From contig OZ245364.1 in assembly GCA_965226545.1 (NCBI GenBank), positions 2,600,612 through 2,664,611 of the forward strand: 64,000 nt of DNA, written 5' to 3'. The translations under genes were made by a program, and so were the position numbers. Shown here piece by piece: positions 7,433-17,237 of the stretch; the first letter of the stretch is position 1, and each line of letters opens with the position of its first letter. The stretch comes from Candidatus Poriferihabitaceae bacterium. GTDB lineage: Bacteria; Pseudomonadota; Gammaproteobacteria; Arenicellales; Poriferihabitantaceae. The notes beneath the pieces are model-generated. The model searched no databases. It saw only the letters and a program-made list of their open reading frames with translations, and was not told where the DNA came from.

Positions 7433-9208
7433 TTAAACAAAATCTTTGTACTTCGGCAAGAAGCGCACTGGCTTGGACAGCGCATCGCGGCGGAACGGGT
7501 CGCCCAATTCGCGCGTGCACATCACTTCAATCACCGTGGTTTTGCCGCCGTTCATTTGCATATCGACCGCGCGGGTTAATGCCGGGCCGACCTCGTCTAA
7601 GGTATCGACCGTGATTCCTTCGGTGCCCATCGAGCGCCCAATCTCGGCGAAACTCAATGCGCCCAATTCTTCGGCGACGAAGCGGCGTCCGTAAAAATCC
7701 ACCTGATTTTTCTTCTCCGCGCCCCATTGCCGATTGTTAAACACCACGCCGGTAATCGGAATGTTGTGACGCACCGCGGTGATGATTTCGCTCATGCTCA
7801 TCGTCCACGCGCCGTCGCCGGAATAAGCAATCGCCGGACGCGGGCGTTTTTCGGCGAGCGTCGCGCATTTGGCGCCAATCATCGCCGGCAACGAATAGCC
7901 GCAGTTGCCCCAAGTCATCGGCGCAATAAAACTGCGCGGCGAATCGAAGCGCAAATAACTGTTGGCAACCGCGCTGATGTTGCCGATGTCGGTCGACACC
8001 ATCGCATCGTCCGGCATCGCCTTTTCCAATTCGCGCAACACTTGACGCGGATGCAGCCAGTTGCCGGATTCTTTTTTCTGTTCGGCAATCATGTCCAAAC
8101 TGTATTGGTCGGTTTCGTGAATCCACGAATTGAGTTCGTCTTCCCACGCGGCTTTTTCGGCGGCGACGATGTCGAGGCGCTGTTTGCGATTGGCGTGACA
8201 AGCCGGCTTAACATTGGACAACCGCGCCGTCAATGCATCGGCCGCGGCGCCGGCATCGGCGCAGATGCCGCAGGTGATTTTTTTCACCAAGCCGAGCATT
8301 TTGTGGTCGGCGTCGACTTGAATGATTTTGGCGCCCGTAGGCCAATACTCGATGCCGTATTGCGGCAACGTGCCGAACGGCCCCAGCCGCGAGCCAAGCG
8401 CCAGCACAACATCGGCTTGATTGATGATTTTCATCGCCGCCTTGGCGCCGTGATACCCAAGCGGCCCGCACCACAGCCGATGACTCGCCGGAAATGAATC
8501 GTTGTGCAGATAACTGTTGACCACCGGCGCATCCAGCAACTCGGCCAATTTAACGCACGCCGGCACCGCATCGGCCATGACCACGCCGCCGCCCGACAAA
8601 ATCACCGGGAATTTGGCTGCCGCCAACAATTCAGCCGCTTCGGCAAGCGATTGTTCGCCGCCGGGGCCGCGGTCGACGCGCATCGGCTGCGGGATGTCGA
8701 TATCCAATTCGCCGTAAAAATAATCGCGCGGAATGTTCAACTGCGTCGGCCCGTTCTCCGCCATCGCGCGGTCAAAACAACGCGCGGTGAATTCGGCGAT
8801 GCGGTTGGGGTTGTTGACATGCCCTTGGTATTTAACGAATTCCTGAAACATCGGCAGTTGATTGGCTTCTTGAAAGCCGCCCAACCCCATGCCCATCGTG
8901 CCGCTTTCCGGGGTAATCATCACCACCGGCGAATGCGCCCAATAGGCCGCGGCGATGGCGGTTACGCAATTGCTGATGCCGGGCCCGTTCTGCCCAATCA
9001 CAACACCATGCCGCCCGCTGGCGCGCGCATAGCCGTCGGCCATGTGCCCCGCGCCTTGTTCATGCACCACCGGCACAAGTTTGATTCCAGCCGGCGCAAA
9101 GATATCCATCGAATCCATAAACGCCGAACCCATGATGCCAAAAATTTCGGTTACGCCATTGGCGGCGAGAGTTTCAACAAACGCTTCGGAGGGGGTCATT
9201 TTGGGCAT
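7433..9208 (-). CDS. xsc: Sulfoacetaldehyde acetyltransferase (ThDP-dependent)
   Basis: MPKMTPSEAFVETLAANGV..., GGFQEANQLPMF, NIPRDYF and the C-terminal ELGDPFRRDALSKPV resemble Xsc as I recall it. GAGGA lies 8 nt before ATG 9208. The ORF-track start at 9223 is a TTG. Confidence 0.7.
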   Translation of the reverse strand: MPKMTPSEAFVETLAANGVTEIFGIMGSAFMDSMDIFAPAGIKLVPVVHEQGAGHMADGYARASGRHGVVIGQNGPGISNCVTAIAAAYWAHSPVVMITPESGTMGMGLGGFQEANQLPMFQEFVKYQGHVNNPNRIAEFTARCFDRAMAENGPTQLNIPRDYFYGELDIDIPQPMRVDRGPGGEQSLAEAAELLAAAKFPVILSGGGVVMADAVPACVKLAELLDAPVVNSYLHNDSFPASHRLWCGPLGYHGAKAAMKIINQADVVLALGSRLGPFGTLPQYGIEYWPTGAKIIQVDADHKMLGLVKKITCGICADAGAAADALTARLSNVKPACHANRKQRLDIVAAEKAAWEDELNSWIHETDQYSLDMIAEQKKESGNWLHPRQVLRELEKAMPDDAMVSTDIGNISAVANSYLRFDSPRSFIAPMTWGNCGYSLPAMIGAKCATLAEKRPRPAIAYSGDGAWTMSMSEIITAVRHNIPITGVVFNNRQWGAEKKNQVDFYGRRFVAEELGALSFAEIGRSMGTEGITVDTLDEVGPALTRAVDMQMNGGKTTVIEVMCTRELGDPFRRDALSKPVRFLPKYKDFV

Positions 9209-9320
9209 TTCGAAAATCCTCAATCATTCAAAGGTGATTAAAAAATTAAACATCAACCAAACATCAACGATGTTAATCTCGAATTAAATTCAACATTTAA
9301 TCAAATGTTAAATCAACCAT

Positions 9321-9350
9321 AAAAAAGCGCACGGACGTTAATGTCGGCGC
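9321..9350 (-). terminator. Probable terminator of the ald-denV-SLOG transcript
   Basis: Minus strand reads gcgccgacattaacgtccgtgcgc (imperfect hairpin) followed by ttttttat. Confidence 0.45.
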
Positions 9351-9427
9351 ATGCTTGCGACCGCAAACTGTAATCGTAGCACAACCCAACCCGCAAGCGA
9401 CGCCTTAACCCATGCGGTGTACGTCGC

Positions 9428-10147
9428 TTAATTGCCCGCCGCAATTTTATCCACCCAGTCGTCTTGTCGCGCTTTGCTTTGTTGCGGCTTGCCTTGTTGC
9501 GACTGGACTTGTTGCAAATATTGGACGCGCTTGGAGAATTTAATGGCTTTATCAAAATAGGCGCGCGCCTCATCGCCGCATTTCGCAACCAACGCTTCGA
9601 CATCACCCGCCGATTTAATGTTAACCATTTTGTCGTCGACGGCAAAATACACCCGCGACGACTTGCCTTGCGCAAGCATATTAAGCGCGTTGTTTAATGT
9701 GCCTTTGCTCTTGCCGTACCACAACATCAAGCCGTAATCGGCATCGCGACTCATCGCCGCGTCTTTTTGCGCGAAATAAGAAAAATCCTTGCGCGCGCCG
9801 TTCGCTTCAATCGCGCACACTTCCCAATCGCCGACATTATTACGGCATTTATCGCCCATGCAATAAACGACGACGTTTTTGTAACTTTCGCGGTGCATAA
9901 ACGTCTGCACCGCCTTATCCGCACCGCCGGCGTCGCCAACCAACACGGTGAATTGCTTGTCGATAATGCCGCGCAAATTTTCACACACGGTCTCGTTCAA
10001 ATACACCATCGCACGCGAGCCGCTGATGAAAATTTTTTTGTTGTTGGCAAGAGATTTCATCGTCAACATCACCGTCGCGCCAACGCACTTCCCACTGACC
10101 GCATCGCGCGCCGTCAAGATAACCGTCGGTCGAATCATCGGAATCAT
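9428..10147 (-). CDS. SLOG / DUF2493-like Rossmann-fold protein with a Gln-rich C-terminal tail
   Basis: KKIFISGSR...VLVGDAGGADKAVQ...KDAAMSRDADYGLMLWYGKSKGTLNN matches the layout of the LOG/DprA-like (SLOG) superfamily as I recall it. The start is uncertain (ATG 10147, 10069 or 10060). GC is about 50%, below the genome's coding level. Confidence 0.4.
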   Translation of the reverse strand: MIPMIRPTVILTARDAVSGKCVGATVMLTMKSLANNKKIFISGSRAMVYLNETVCENLRGIIDKQFTVLVGDAGGADKAVQTFMHRESYKNVVVYCMGDKCRNNVGDWEVCAIEANGARKDFSYFAQKDAAMSRDADYGLMLWYGKSKGTLNNALNMLAQGKSSRVYFAVDDKMVNIKSAGDVEALVAKCGDEARAYFDKAIKFSKRVQYLQQVQSQQGKPQQSKARQDDWVDKIAAGN

Positions 10148-10183
10148 TTGGGATATGCGTCCAAACGCAATTCGGCTGTTCGC

Positions 10184-10606
10184 TCATCGGAGTAGCCGCC
10201 GCGCCGCGCTTTTTCTGTACCAATTCGGTTTCATATTAATTTTCTCGCGCAGACGTTTGCGGATGATTTTAAAATCCGCCATTTGCGGAGTCCAGTTTTT
10301 ATACAGCCCATTTTGCCTAAAAATTTCCGCAGGGAAGACGCGCGCACGGTCGGGGTTAAACCCGCGTCGTTTCATTTCATACACGAGTTTTTGATAACGC
10401 AAGTGCAGGTATTTTCCCTTGTCGTAGAAAAAATACACATGTCCCGCGTTTAAGCAAAATCGCTTTGGCACTTTGTCCGCTTGAAAACCGTGTTGGCTTT
10501 TGAGCGTACGCCGCAATGCGCCGGCGACCATAAAAATCTCGCGGTATTCGGCGATGAGATGCTGGTCGGTTAATTCACTCGGCGCAATGAGGTTAATGCG
10601 CGTCAC
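10184..10606 (-). CDS. denV: Pyrimidine-dimer DNA glycosylase (T4 endonuclease V family)
   Basis: (GTG)TRINLIAPSELTDQHLIAEYREI...NAGHVYFFYDKGKYL...RRGFN...KPNWY parallels T4 DenV [25 protein letters not shown]...GAGHVTFFYDK...KRGFN...RPTWY. The GTG start overlaps the ald stop (GTGA). GC is about 45% by eye. Confidence 0.85.
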   Translation of the reverse strand: MTRINLIAPSELTDQHLIAEYREIFMVAGALRRTLKSQHGFQADKVPKRFCLNAGHVYFFYDKGKYLHLRYQKLVYEMKRRGFNPDRARVFPAEIFRQNGLYKNWTPQMADFKIIRKRLREKINMKPNWYRKSAARRLLR

Positions 10607-11721
10607 TTTTTCAACGCATCCACCGCATCAACAAATTCATACCCCAACTCCTCGGCGACGCTTTGATAGGTGACCATGCCGGCATGCACATTCAAACCGT
10701 TGCGCAAATGCGGGTCGTCCAGCAACGCGCGTTTGGCGCCTTTGTTGGCGAGGTCGAGGGCGAATGGCAAGGTGGCGTTGTTTAGCGCATAGGTCGAAGT
10801 GCGCGGTACGCCGCCGGGCATGTTGGCGACGCAATAATGCACGACGCCGTCTACCACGAAGGTTGGCTCGGCGTGGGTGGTGGGTTTGGAGGTTTCGCAG
10901 CAGCCGCCTTGGTCGATGGCGACATCGACAATCACCGCACCGTGTTTCATTCGCTTGACCATCTCGGCGGTTACCAACTTGGGCGCTTCGGCGCCGGGAA
11001 TCAGCACGCCGCCGACCACCAAATCGGCGTCGAGTACATGGCGTTCGAGCGCATCGGCGGTCGAATACACCGTGTTGGTCGACCGCCCGAATTGCGCCCA
11101 ATGGCGTTCGAGGGCGGCGAGATTGTTGTCCAGCACCCAAACATCGGCGCCCATGCCGACGGCGATGTGCGTGGCGTGCGTGCCGACCACGCCGGCGCCG
11201 AGTATCACCACCTTGGCCGGGTCGACCCCGGGCACGCCGCCGAGCAACATGCCCAGCCCGCCGTGCGGTTGTTCGAGGCAATAGGCGCCGGCTTGCACCG
11301 ACATTCGCCCGGCGACTTTGGACATCGGCGCCAGCAACGGCAACCCGCCATGCGGCGAGGTGACCGTTTCATAAGCGACGCAGGTTGCGCCGCTGTCGAC
11401 CAATTCGCGGGTTTGCTCCGCATCCGGCGCAAGGTGCAGATAGGTGTACAGCAATTGCCCGGCGCGCAACATCGCGCGTTCGGACGCCTGCGGTTCTTTG
11501 ACCTTGATAATCATCTCGGCGGTCGCGAAAATTTCCGCGGCGGTGGGCGCAATGCGCGCGCCGGCCGATTGATAGGATTCGTCGCTTGCGCCGATGCCGA
11601 CGCCGGCATTGGTTTCCACCGCGACTTGATGGCCGTGCTTGACCATCTCGCGCACACTGGCCGGCGCCAAGCCGACTCGGTATTCGTGGTTTTTAATTTC
11701 TTTGGGTACGCCAATTTGCAT
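10603..11721 (-). CDS. ald: Alanine dehydrogenase
   Basis: MQIGVPKEIKNHEYRVGLAPASV... and the NAD-binding segment VVILGAGVVGTHA, at 372 aa. Confidence 0.9.
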   Translation of the reverse strand: MQIGVPKEIKNHEYRVGLAPASVREMVKHGHQVAVETNAGVGIGASDESYQSAGARIAPTAAEIFATAEMIIKVKEPQASERAMLRAGQLLYTYLHLAPDAEQTRELVDSGATCVAYETVTSPHGGLPLLAPMSKVAGRMSVQAGAYCLEQPHGGLGMLLGGVPGVDPAKVVILGAGVVGTHATHIAVGMGADVWVLDNNLAALERHWAQFGRSTNTVYSTADALERHVLDADLVVGGVLIPGAEAPKLVTAEMVKRMKHGAVIVDVAIDQGGCCETSKPTTHAEPTFVVDGVVHYCVANMPGGVPRTSTYALNNATLPFALDLANKGAKRALLDDPHLRNGLNVHAGMVTYQSVAEELGYEFVDAVDALKK

Positions 11722-12020
11722 AAATCAACCTCTTGTCCGTCGCAGTACGGTGGTGGTTAAACGAATGTTAGTCAATCGAATTAAATTTCGCATTAAACTT
11801 CGCATTAAAAATTGAATGCGGGGTTAATGTGATTTTAATGGAAGTGCAGGTTAAGGTTAATGGGTTAATGTAATTTTAAGTTAAGTTTAAGTTAAGTTTA
11901 ATTTAAATTAGTAACGCAAGCAAACCAATTATACGAATTTAATAAAGCGAATCATCGACCCAACCGCAGGCGAATTTTAACCAATGCCAACGGATGCAAA
12001 CGGCGCGTATAATCGCGGAC

Positions 12021-12527
12021 ATGCCAAACGCCGCACCTTCCGAACAGGTGGCGATTGTTGACGTCGCCGACCGTGTGATTGACAGCGCATCGCGCTTCGA
12101 TATGCGCGCGCAGCGGCGCATGCATCGCGCCAATTATATCCTGGTGTTCAACCGCAAGGGCGAATTGCTCGCCCAACGGCGCAGCGCAAACAAGGATGTG
12201 CATCCCGGGCGGTTGGATTTTGCGGCCGGCGGCGTCGTGCAATTCGGCGAGGAATATCACGCATCGGCGGTGCGCGAACTGCAAGAAGAGTTGGGCGTTG
12301 CGCCGCCGTTGGTCGAATGTTTCGATATCTGGTTTGAAGATGAAACCGACGCGCCGCCCAATCGACATTGGGGGCGGGTGTTTTCCTGCGTGCATGACGG
12401 GCCGTTTACATTGCAAGCCGCCGAAATCGTCGACGCGAATTTTATGCGCATCGACGATGCATTGGCGCATCCGTTGACCGATGTCACCCCCGACAGTCGG
12501 CTGGCGTTGCTCGCCCATTGTTTGTAA
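12021..12527 (+). CDS. NUDIX hydrolase
   Basis: Nudix box GGVVQFGEEYHASAVRELQEELGV. The alternative start is ATG 11994. Confidence 0.75.
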   Translation: MPNAAPSEQVAIVDVADRVIDSASRFDMRAQRRMHRANYILVFNRKGELLAQRRSANKDVHPGRLDFAAGGVVQFGEEYHASAVRELQEELGVAPPLVECFDIWFEDETDAPPNRHWGRVFSCVHDGPFTLQAAEIVDANFMRIDDALAHPLTDVTPDSRLALLAHCL

Positions 12528-12606
12528 TCTGCGCGCCGATTTTTTGCCGATTTTTCATGTCGATTTGATGTCGTTTTTTTATATCGATTTTTTATGCCGA
12601 TTTTTT

Positions 12607-13377
12607 ATGATACGCGCACATTCCATCAGCAAACATTTCGGCGGCGTGCATGCGGTCGATGATGTCAGCGTAACGATTGAAGCCGGCGCGATTACCGGGT
12701 TAATCGGCCCAAACGGCGCCGGCAAATCGACCTTGTTTAACATCATCGCCGGGTTGACGCCGCCGAGCGGCGGGCGGGTGTATTTGGACGGCGAAGACAT
12801 CACCGGACAAAAGCCGCATCAATTGTTTCACAAGGGGCTGCTGCGCACTTTCCAAATCGCGCATGAATTCGCCCAGTTGACCGTGCGCGAAAATTTAATG
12901 GTCGTGCCCGGCGCGCAACTCGGCGAACGTTTGGCGAGCAACTGGCTGCATCGCGCCAAGGTCGGCGCACAAGACGCCGACATTAATCGACGCGCCGAAT
13001 TCGTTATGGAATTTCTTAACCTCGCGCCGCTCGCCGACCAATTGGCCGGCGAATTGTCCGGCGGGCAAAAAAAACTTCTCGAACTCGGGCGCACAATGAT
13101 GGTCGACGCCAAAGTCGTGTTGCTCGACGAAGTCGGCGCCGGCGTCAACCGCACCTTGTTGCGCGACATCGGCGACGCCATCTTGCGCTTGAACCGCGAA
13201 CGCCATTACACCTTTTGCATGATTGAACACGACATGGATTTCATCAGCCGCCTGTGCGACCCGGTGATTGTCATGGCCGAAGGCGCGGTGCTTACAGTCG
13301 GCGCCATCGATGAAGTTAAAGCCAATGAACAGGTTATCGAAGCCTATCTCGGACGCGGCGCGGGGCGTGATGAGTGA
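12607..13377 (+). CDS. livG: Branched-chain/HAAT-family ABC transporter ATP-binding protein
   Basis: Start at MIRAHSISKHFGG. Walker A GPNGAGKST, signature LSGGQKKLLEL, Walker B VVLLDE. Confidence 0.8.
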   Translation: MIRAHSISKHFGGVHAVDDVSVTIEAGAITGLIGPNGAGKSTLFNIIAGLTPPSGGRVYLDGEDITGQKPHQLFHKGLLRTFQIAHEFAQLTVRENLMVVPGAQLGERLASNWLHRAKVGAQDADINRRAEFVMEFLNLAPLADQLAGELSGGQKKLLELGRTMMVDAKVVLLDEVGAGVNRTLLRDIGDAILRLNRERHYTFCMIEHDMDFISRLCDPVIVMAEGAVLTVGAIDEVKANEQVIEAYLGRGAGRDE

Positions 13378-13521
13378 GGTGAGGTGAAGTTAATTTATTT
13401 AATTTACTTAAGTAAATTAATTACTTAATTAAATTAAAGTGACTTATAAAAAATTAAAGTGACTTATAAAGTAAAGTAACTTAAGTTAAGTAAGTGACAT
13501 TAATAACTGAAACAATCAACA

Positions 13522-14256
13522 ATGAACCCCAACGATAAAACGCCAACCCCAACCCATTATCTGCTCGGCGAAAACATGAGCGGCGGCTACGGCGGCGCCG
13601 ACATTTTGCGCGATTGCACCATCGGTGTCGCGCGCGGCGAGATTGTCGTAATCGTCGGACCGAACGGCGCCGGCAAATCGACCGCAATGAAGGCGTTGCT
13701 CGGCATGATTCAATTGCGCCGCGGACGGGTGACGCTTGGCGGCGAAGACATCAGCGCGCTGTCGCCGCAGGCGCGGGTGGCGCGCGGCATCGCGTTTGTG
13801 CCGCAAACCGCCAATGTGTTTGTCGGCATGACGGTGCGCGAAAATTTGGAGATGGGCGCGTATCTGCGCAAGGATGATTATCGCGACACCATGGCGCGGG
13901 TGTTCGAATTGTTTCCGGCGTTGGCGCAAAAGCGGCGTCAATTGGCCGGCGAATTATCCGGCGGACAACGCCAACAAGTTGCGGTCGGGCGCGCGTTGAT
14001 GACCGAACCCGAAGTGTTGATGTTGGACGAACCAACCGCCGGCGTCTCGCCGATTGTCGTCGATGAATTATTCGAACGCATCCTGGCGGTGCGCAACACC
14101 GGCGTGGCCGTGTTGATGGTCGAACAAAACGCCCGCCAAGCGCTCTCGATTGCCGACCGCGGTTATGTGCTGGTGCTCGGACAAAACCGCCACACCGCCG
14201 CCGGCGCCGCCTTGCTCGCCGACCCCGAAGTGCGCAAATCGTTTCTCGGCGGTTAA
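13522..14256 (+). CDS. livF: Branched-chain/HAAT-family ABC transporter ATP-binding protein
   Basis: GPNGAGKST, LSGGQRQQVAVGRAL and LMLDEPTAGV. Confidence 0.8.
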   Translation: MNPNDKTPTPTHYLLGENMSGGYGGADILRDCTIGVARGEIVVIVGPNGAGKSTAMKALLGMIQLRRGRVTLGGEDISALSPQARVARGIAFVPQTANVFVGMTVRENLEMGAYLRKDDYRDTMARVFELFPALAQKRRQLAGELSGGQRQQVAVGRALMTEPEVLMLDEPTAGVSPIVVDELFERILAVRNTGVAVLMVEQNARQALSIADRGYVLVLGQNRHTAAGAALLADPEVRKSFLGG

Positions 14257-14499
14257 GTGGCGGCGGTTTGCGTTTATTATGCGTTGCGTTGTTTTAAGTT
14301 ACTTGAAGTTGCTTTTACTTGAAGTTGCTTGAACTTACTTTAATTTATTTTGCGTTACTTTTAGTTAAGCACAGTTAGTTAAGCACAGTCACTTTGATTT
14401 ATTTTTATTTTGTTTTGATTTTATTTATTTTGTTTTGATTAATATCATTTCGATAAACTCAATTTAATAAACCGATTTAACAAAACCAAGTTAACACCA

Positions 14500-15510
14500 A
14501 TGGATGTCTTAAACGCATTCGTACTGCTCGCCAACTTCATTATATTGCCGGCGTTAACCTACGGCGCGCAATTGGCGCTCGGCGCGCTCGGCGTGACGTT
14601 GGTGTATGCCGTGCTGCGCTTTTCCAACTTTGCGCACGGCGACACCATGGCGTTCGGTGCGATGACGACGATACTCGCCACATGGTGGCTGCAATCGCAC
14701 GGCGCATCGATTGCGCCGTTGCCGACCGCCTTGTTGGCGTTGCCGATTGGCGTGTTGGCGACCGGCGGCTTGTGCGTGTTGATTGACAAATGCGTGTATC
14801 GCCATTATCGCCGTCAACGAAGTCCGTCGGTGGTGTTTGTCATCGTCTCGGTCGGCGTGATGTTTGTGTTAAACGGCGTCGTGCGTTTTATCATCGGCCC
14901 GCAAGACCGCCAATTTGCCGACGGCGAAAGATACATCATCCGCGCGCGCGAATTTAAACAACTCACCGGCTTGGCCGAAGGGCTGACCATCAAAACCACT
15001 CAAGGCATCACCATCGTGCTGGCGGTGTTAATGGTCGCGCTGCTGTTTTGGTTTTTACAAAACACCCGCACCGGCAAAGCCATGCGCGCGTTTTCCGACA
15101 ACGAACAACTCGCCCGCCTGTCCGGCATCGACCCCAATCGCGTGGTGATGATTACCTGGTGGCTCACCGGCGCATTGGCAACTTTGGCCGGCGTGTTGTA
15201 CGGCTTGGATAAAAGTTTCAAACCGTTCACCTATTTCCATCTGCTGCTGCCGATGTTCGCCGCCGCCATCGTCGGCGGCATCGGCCGCCCAATCGGCGCC
15301 ATCGTCGGCGGCTTCATCATCGCCTTCTCCGAAGTAACCATCACCTACGCCTATAAAAAATTCCTCGCTTATCTGTTGCCGCCGGAATGGCGTCCCGAAG
15401 GCTTGGTGCAATTATTGTCCACCGATTACAAATTCGCCGTATCGTTCATCATCTTAGTGGTCGTGCTGCTGGTGCGCCCAACCGGCATTTTTCGCGGGCG
15501 GGTGATTTAA
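14500..15510 (+). CDS. livH: HAAT-family ABC permease
   Basis: 336 aa polytopic protein. FSNFAHGDTMAFGA and the GGIGRPIGAIVGGFII tail are typical of LivH. Confidence 0.75.
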   Translation: MDVLNAFVLLANFIILPALTYGAQLALGALGVTLVYAVLRFSNFAHGDTMAFGAMTTILATWWLQSHGASIAPLPTALLALPIGVLATGGLCVLIDKCVYRHYRRQRSPSVVFVIVSVGVMFVLNGVVRFIIGPQDRQFADGERYIIRAREFKQLTGLAEGLTIKTTQGITIVLAVLMVALLFWFLQNTRTGKAMRAFSDNEQLARLSGIDPNRVVMITWWLTGALATLAGVLYGLDKSFKPFTYFHLLLPMFAAAIVGGIGRPIGAIVGGFIIAFSEVTITYAYKKFLAYLLPPEWRPEGLVQLLSTDYKFAVSFIILVVVLLVRPTGIFRGRVI

Positions 15511-15690
15511 CGAATTTGTCAAATTGTCGGCATGACTGTTAACGATTGTTGGTGCGTGATGAAGTGACGAAGTAACGAAGTAACAAGTGACATAGTGACG
15601 AGTGCAACTTGATAAGTGAAACTTAACCCGGTGCCCAACCAACAAACCTCCAACCAACCCCAATCAACCTTAACCCAAACCCACCGCAAA

Positions 15691-17127
15691 ATGAAAACCA
15701 ACCCTCATACCGCCAACCCGCAATCAACCGCGCGCGCGCCGATGCATCCCGGAGTGCGCGCCGCGATTGCGTTTGCATTTGTTTTCGGCGCGCTTGGGTT
15801 GGTCGGCGGTGTGCAGTCGTGGGCGTTGGCGTTGGCGATTTTGAATCTTTGTTTAATCTCGGCGGTGATGGCGCTTGGCGTGAATATTCAGTGGGGGTAC
15901 GCCGGGTTGTTTAATGTCGGCGTGGTGGGCTTTGCCGCGTTGGGCGGGTTGGCGCCGGTGTTGGTGTCGAATGCGCCGGTGGTTGGCGCGTGGGCGGCCG
16001 GCGGCAACGGGTTGTTGCTGGCGGCGTTGTGCGTTTTGGTCACCATTGGCGCGGTGATGGTTGTGCGCGCATTAATGCCGCGCGGGATGCGGCGCACCAT
16101 CGCGCTCGGCGCGATTATTGCGCTCGGGTATTTTGGCGCGCGACATTTTTATGACCCGGCGGTCGCCGCCATCGAAGCGCTTAACCCGGCGAAATACGGT
16201 TATCTCGGCGGGTTGGGATTGCCGGTGCTGCTGTCGTGGGCGGTCGGCGGGTTGTTGGCGGCTGGTGCTGCGATGTTGGTCGGCAAGATTGCGCTTGGCT
16301 TGCGTTCGGATTATCTCGCGATAGCGACGCTCGGCATCGCCGAGATTGTCATCGCCGCGCTTAAAAACGAGGAATGGTTGACGCGCGGCGTAAAAAACGT
16401 CACCGGCTTGGCGCGCCCGGTGCCGGTCGAAGTCGAACTGCAGCAACACCAGCAATTTATCGAATGGGTCGCGCGATTAAACGACGGACGATTAACCATC
16501 GCTGCGCGCGAATCCATCGCCGCGCACGACCAACTGTTGACGCAATTGGTGATTGATTATTCCGGCTTGTTGGTTAAATTATGTTACAGCGGCTTGTTTG
16601 CCGGCGTGTTGTTGATAATTTTGGCGGCCAGTCAAGCCGCGCTTAATTCGCCGTGGGGGCGGATGATGCGCGCGATTCGCGACAATGAAACCGCCGCCGA
16701 CGCCATGGGCAAAAACATCACCGCGCGACATCGTCAAGTGTTCATCCTCGGCTCAGCCGTCATCGGCATCGGCGGCGCAATGTTGGTGACCTTGGACGGG
16801 CAATTCACCCCCGGCGCGTATAACCCGTTGCGGTTTACTTTTTTAATTTGGGTGATGGTGATTGTCGGCGGCTCGGGCAACAACTTGGGGGCGGTGCTCG
16901 GCGGCTTTGTCGTTTGGTTGTTGTGGATTGAAGTCGAGCCGGCCGGTTTGTGGTTGACCGACGCCGCCACCCGCGCCCTTGGCGAATCGCATCCGTTGCG
17001 GCTGCATTTAATCGACAACGCCCAGCACATGCGCGTGTTGTTAATGGGCTTGGTGTTGCTCATCGTGATGCGCTTTACGCCCGGCGGCATTTTGCCGGCG
17101 GTCGTGCATCGCCGTGCGCATCGATGA
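15691..17127 (+). CDS. livM: HAAT-family ABC permease
   Basis: Polytopic protein. GYAGLFNVGVVGFAALG and the GGSGNNLGAVLGGF segments are LivM-like. The start is uncertain (GTG 15616, ATG 15691 or 15742). Confidence 0.7.
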   Translation: MKTNPHTANPQSTARAPMHPGVRAAIAFAFVFGALGLVGGVQSWALALAILNLCLISAVMALGVNIQWGYAGLFNVGVVGFAALGGLAPVLVSNAPVVGAWAAGGNGLLLAALCVLVTIGAVMVVRALMPRGMRRTIALGAIIALGYFGARHFYDPAVAAIEALNPAKYGYLGGLGLPVLLSWAVGGLLAAGAAMLVGKIALGLRSDYLAIATLGIAEIVIAALKNEEWLTRGVKNVTGLARPVPVEVELQQHQQFIEWVARLNDGRLTIAARESIAAHDQLLTQLVIDYSGLLVKLCYSGLFAGVLLIILAASQAALNSPWGRMMRAIRDNETAADAMGKNITARHRQVFILGSAVIGIGGAMLVTLDGQFTPGAYNPLRFTFLIWVMVIVGGSGNNLGAVLGGFVVWLLWIEVEPAGLWLTDAATRALGESHPLRLHLIDNAQHMRVLLMGLVLLIVMRFTPGGILPAVVHRRAHR

Positions 17128-17140
17128 GCGGTTAAGTTAA

Positions 17141-17171
17141 ATAAAAACCGGCGACGGTTGCCCGTCGCCGG
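17141..17171. terminator. Hairpin between convergent livM and the binding-protein gene
   Basis: ccggcgacgg ttgc ccgtcgccgg is a perfect 10-bp stem. A T-run follows it on the minus strand (plus strand shows ataaaaa before the stem). Confidence 0.6.
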
Positions 17172-17237
17172 TGAGTGTGCAATGGTTGTTGTGATGCTTA
17201 TCGAAGTGCGTATCGCAACAATTGCGCAACGATAAAT

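Noticed and set aside
9395-9429. An inverted repeat aagcgacg...cgtcgctt overlapping the stop of the SLOG-like gene, considered as a terminator.
   Set aside because: It has a 19-nt loop and no following T-run. The hairpin plus T-run at 9321-9350 is the better terminator candidate.
12008-12023. A leaderless mRNA for the NUDIX gene: TATAAT at 12008-12013 lies 7 nt before ATG 12021.
   Set aside because: There is no convincing -35 element, and an upstream in-frame ATG (11994) would make the hexamer coding sequence. The evidence is too weak to report as a feature.
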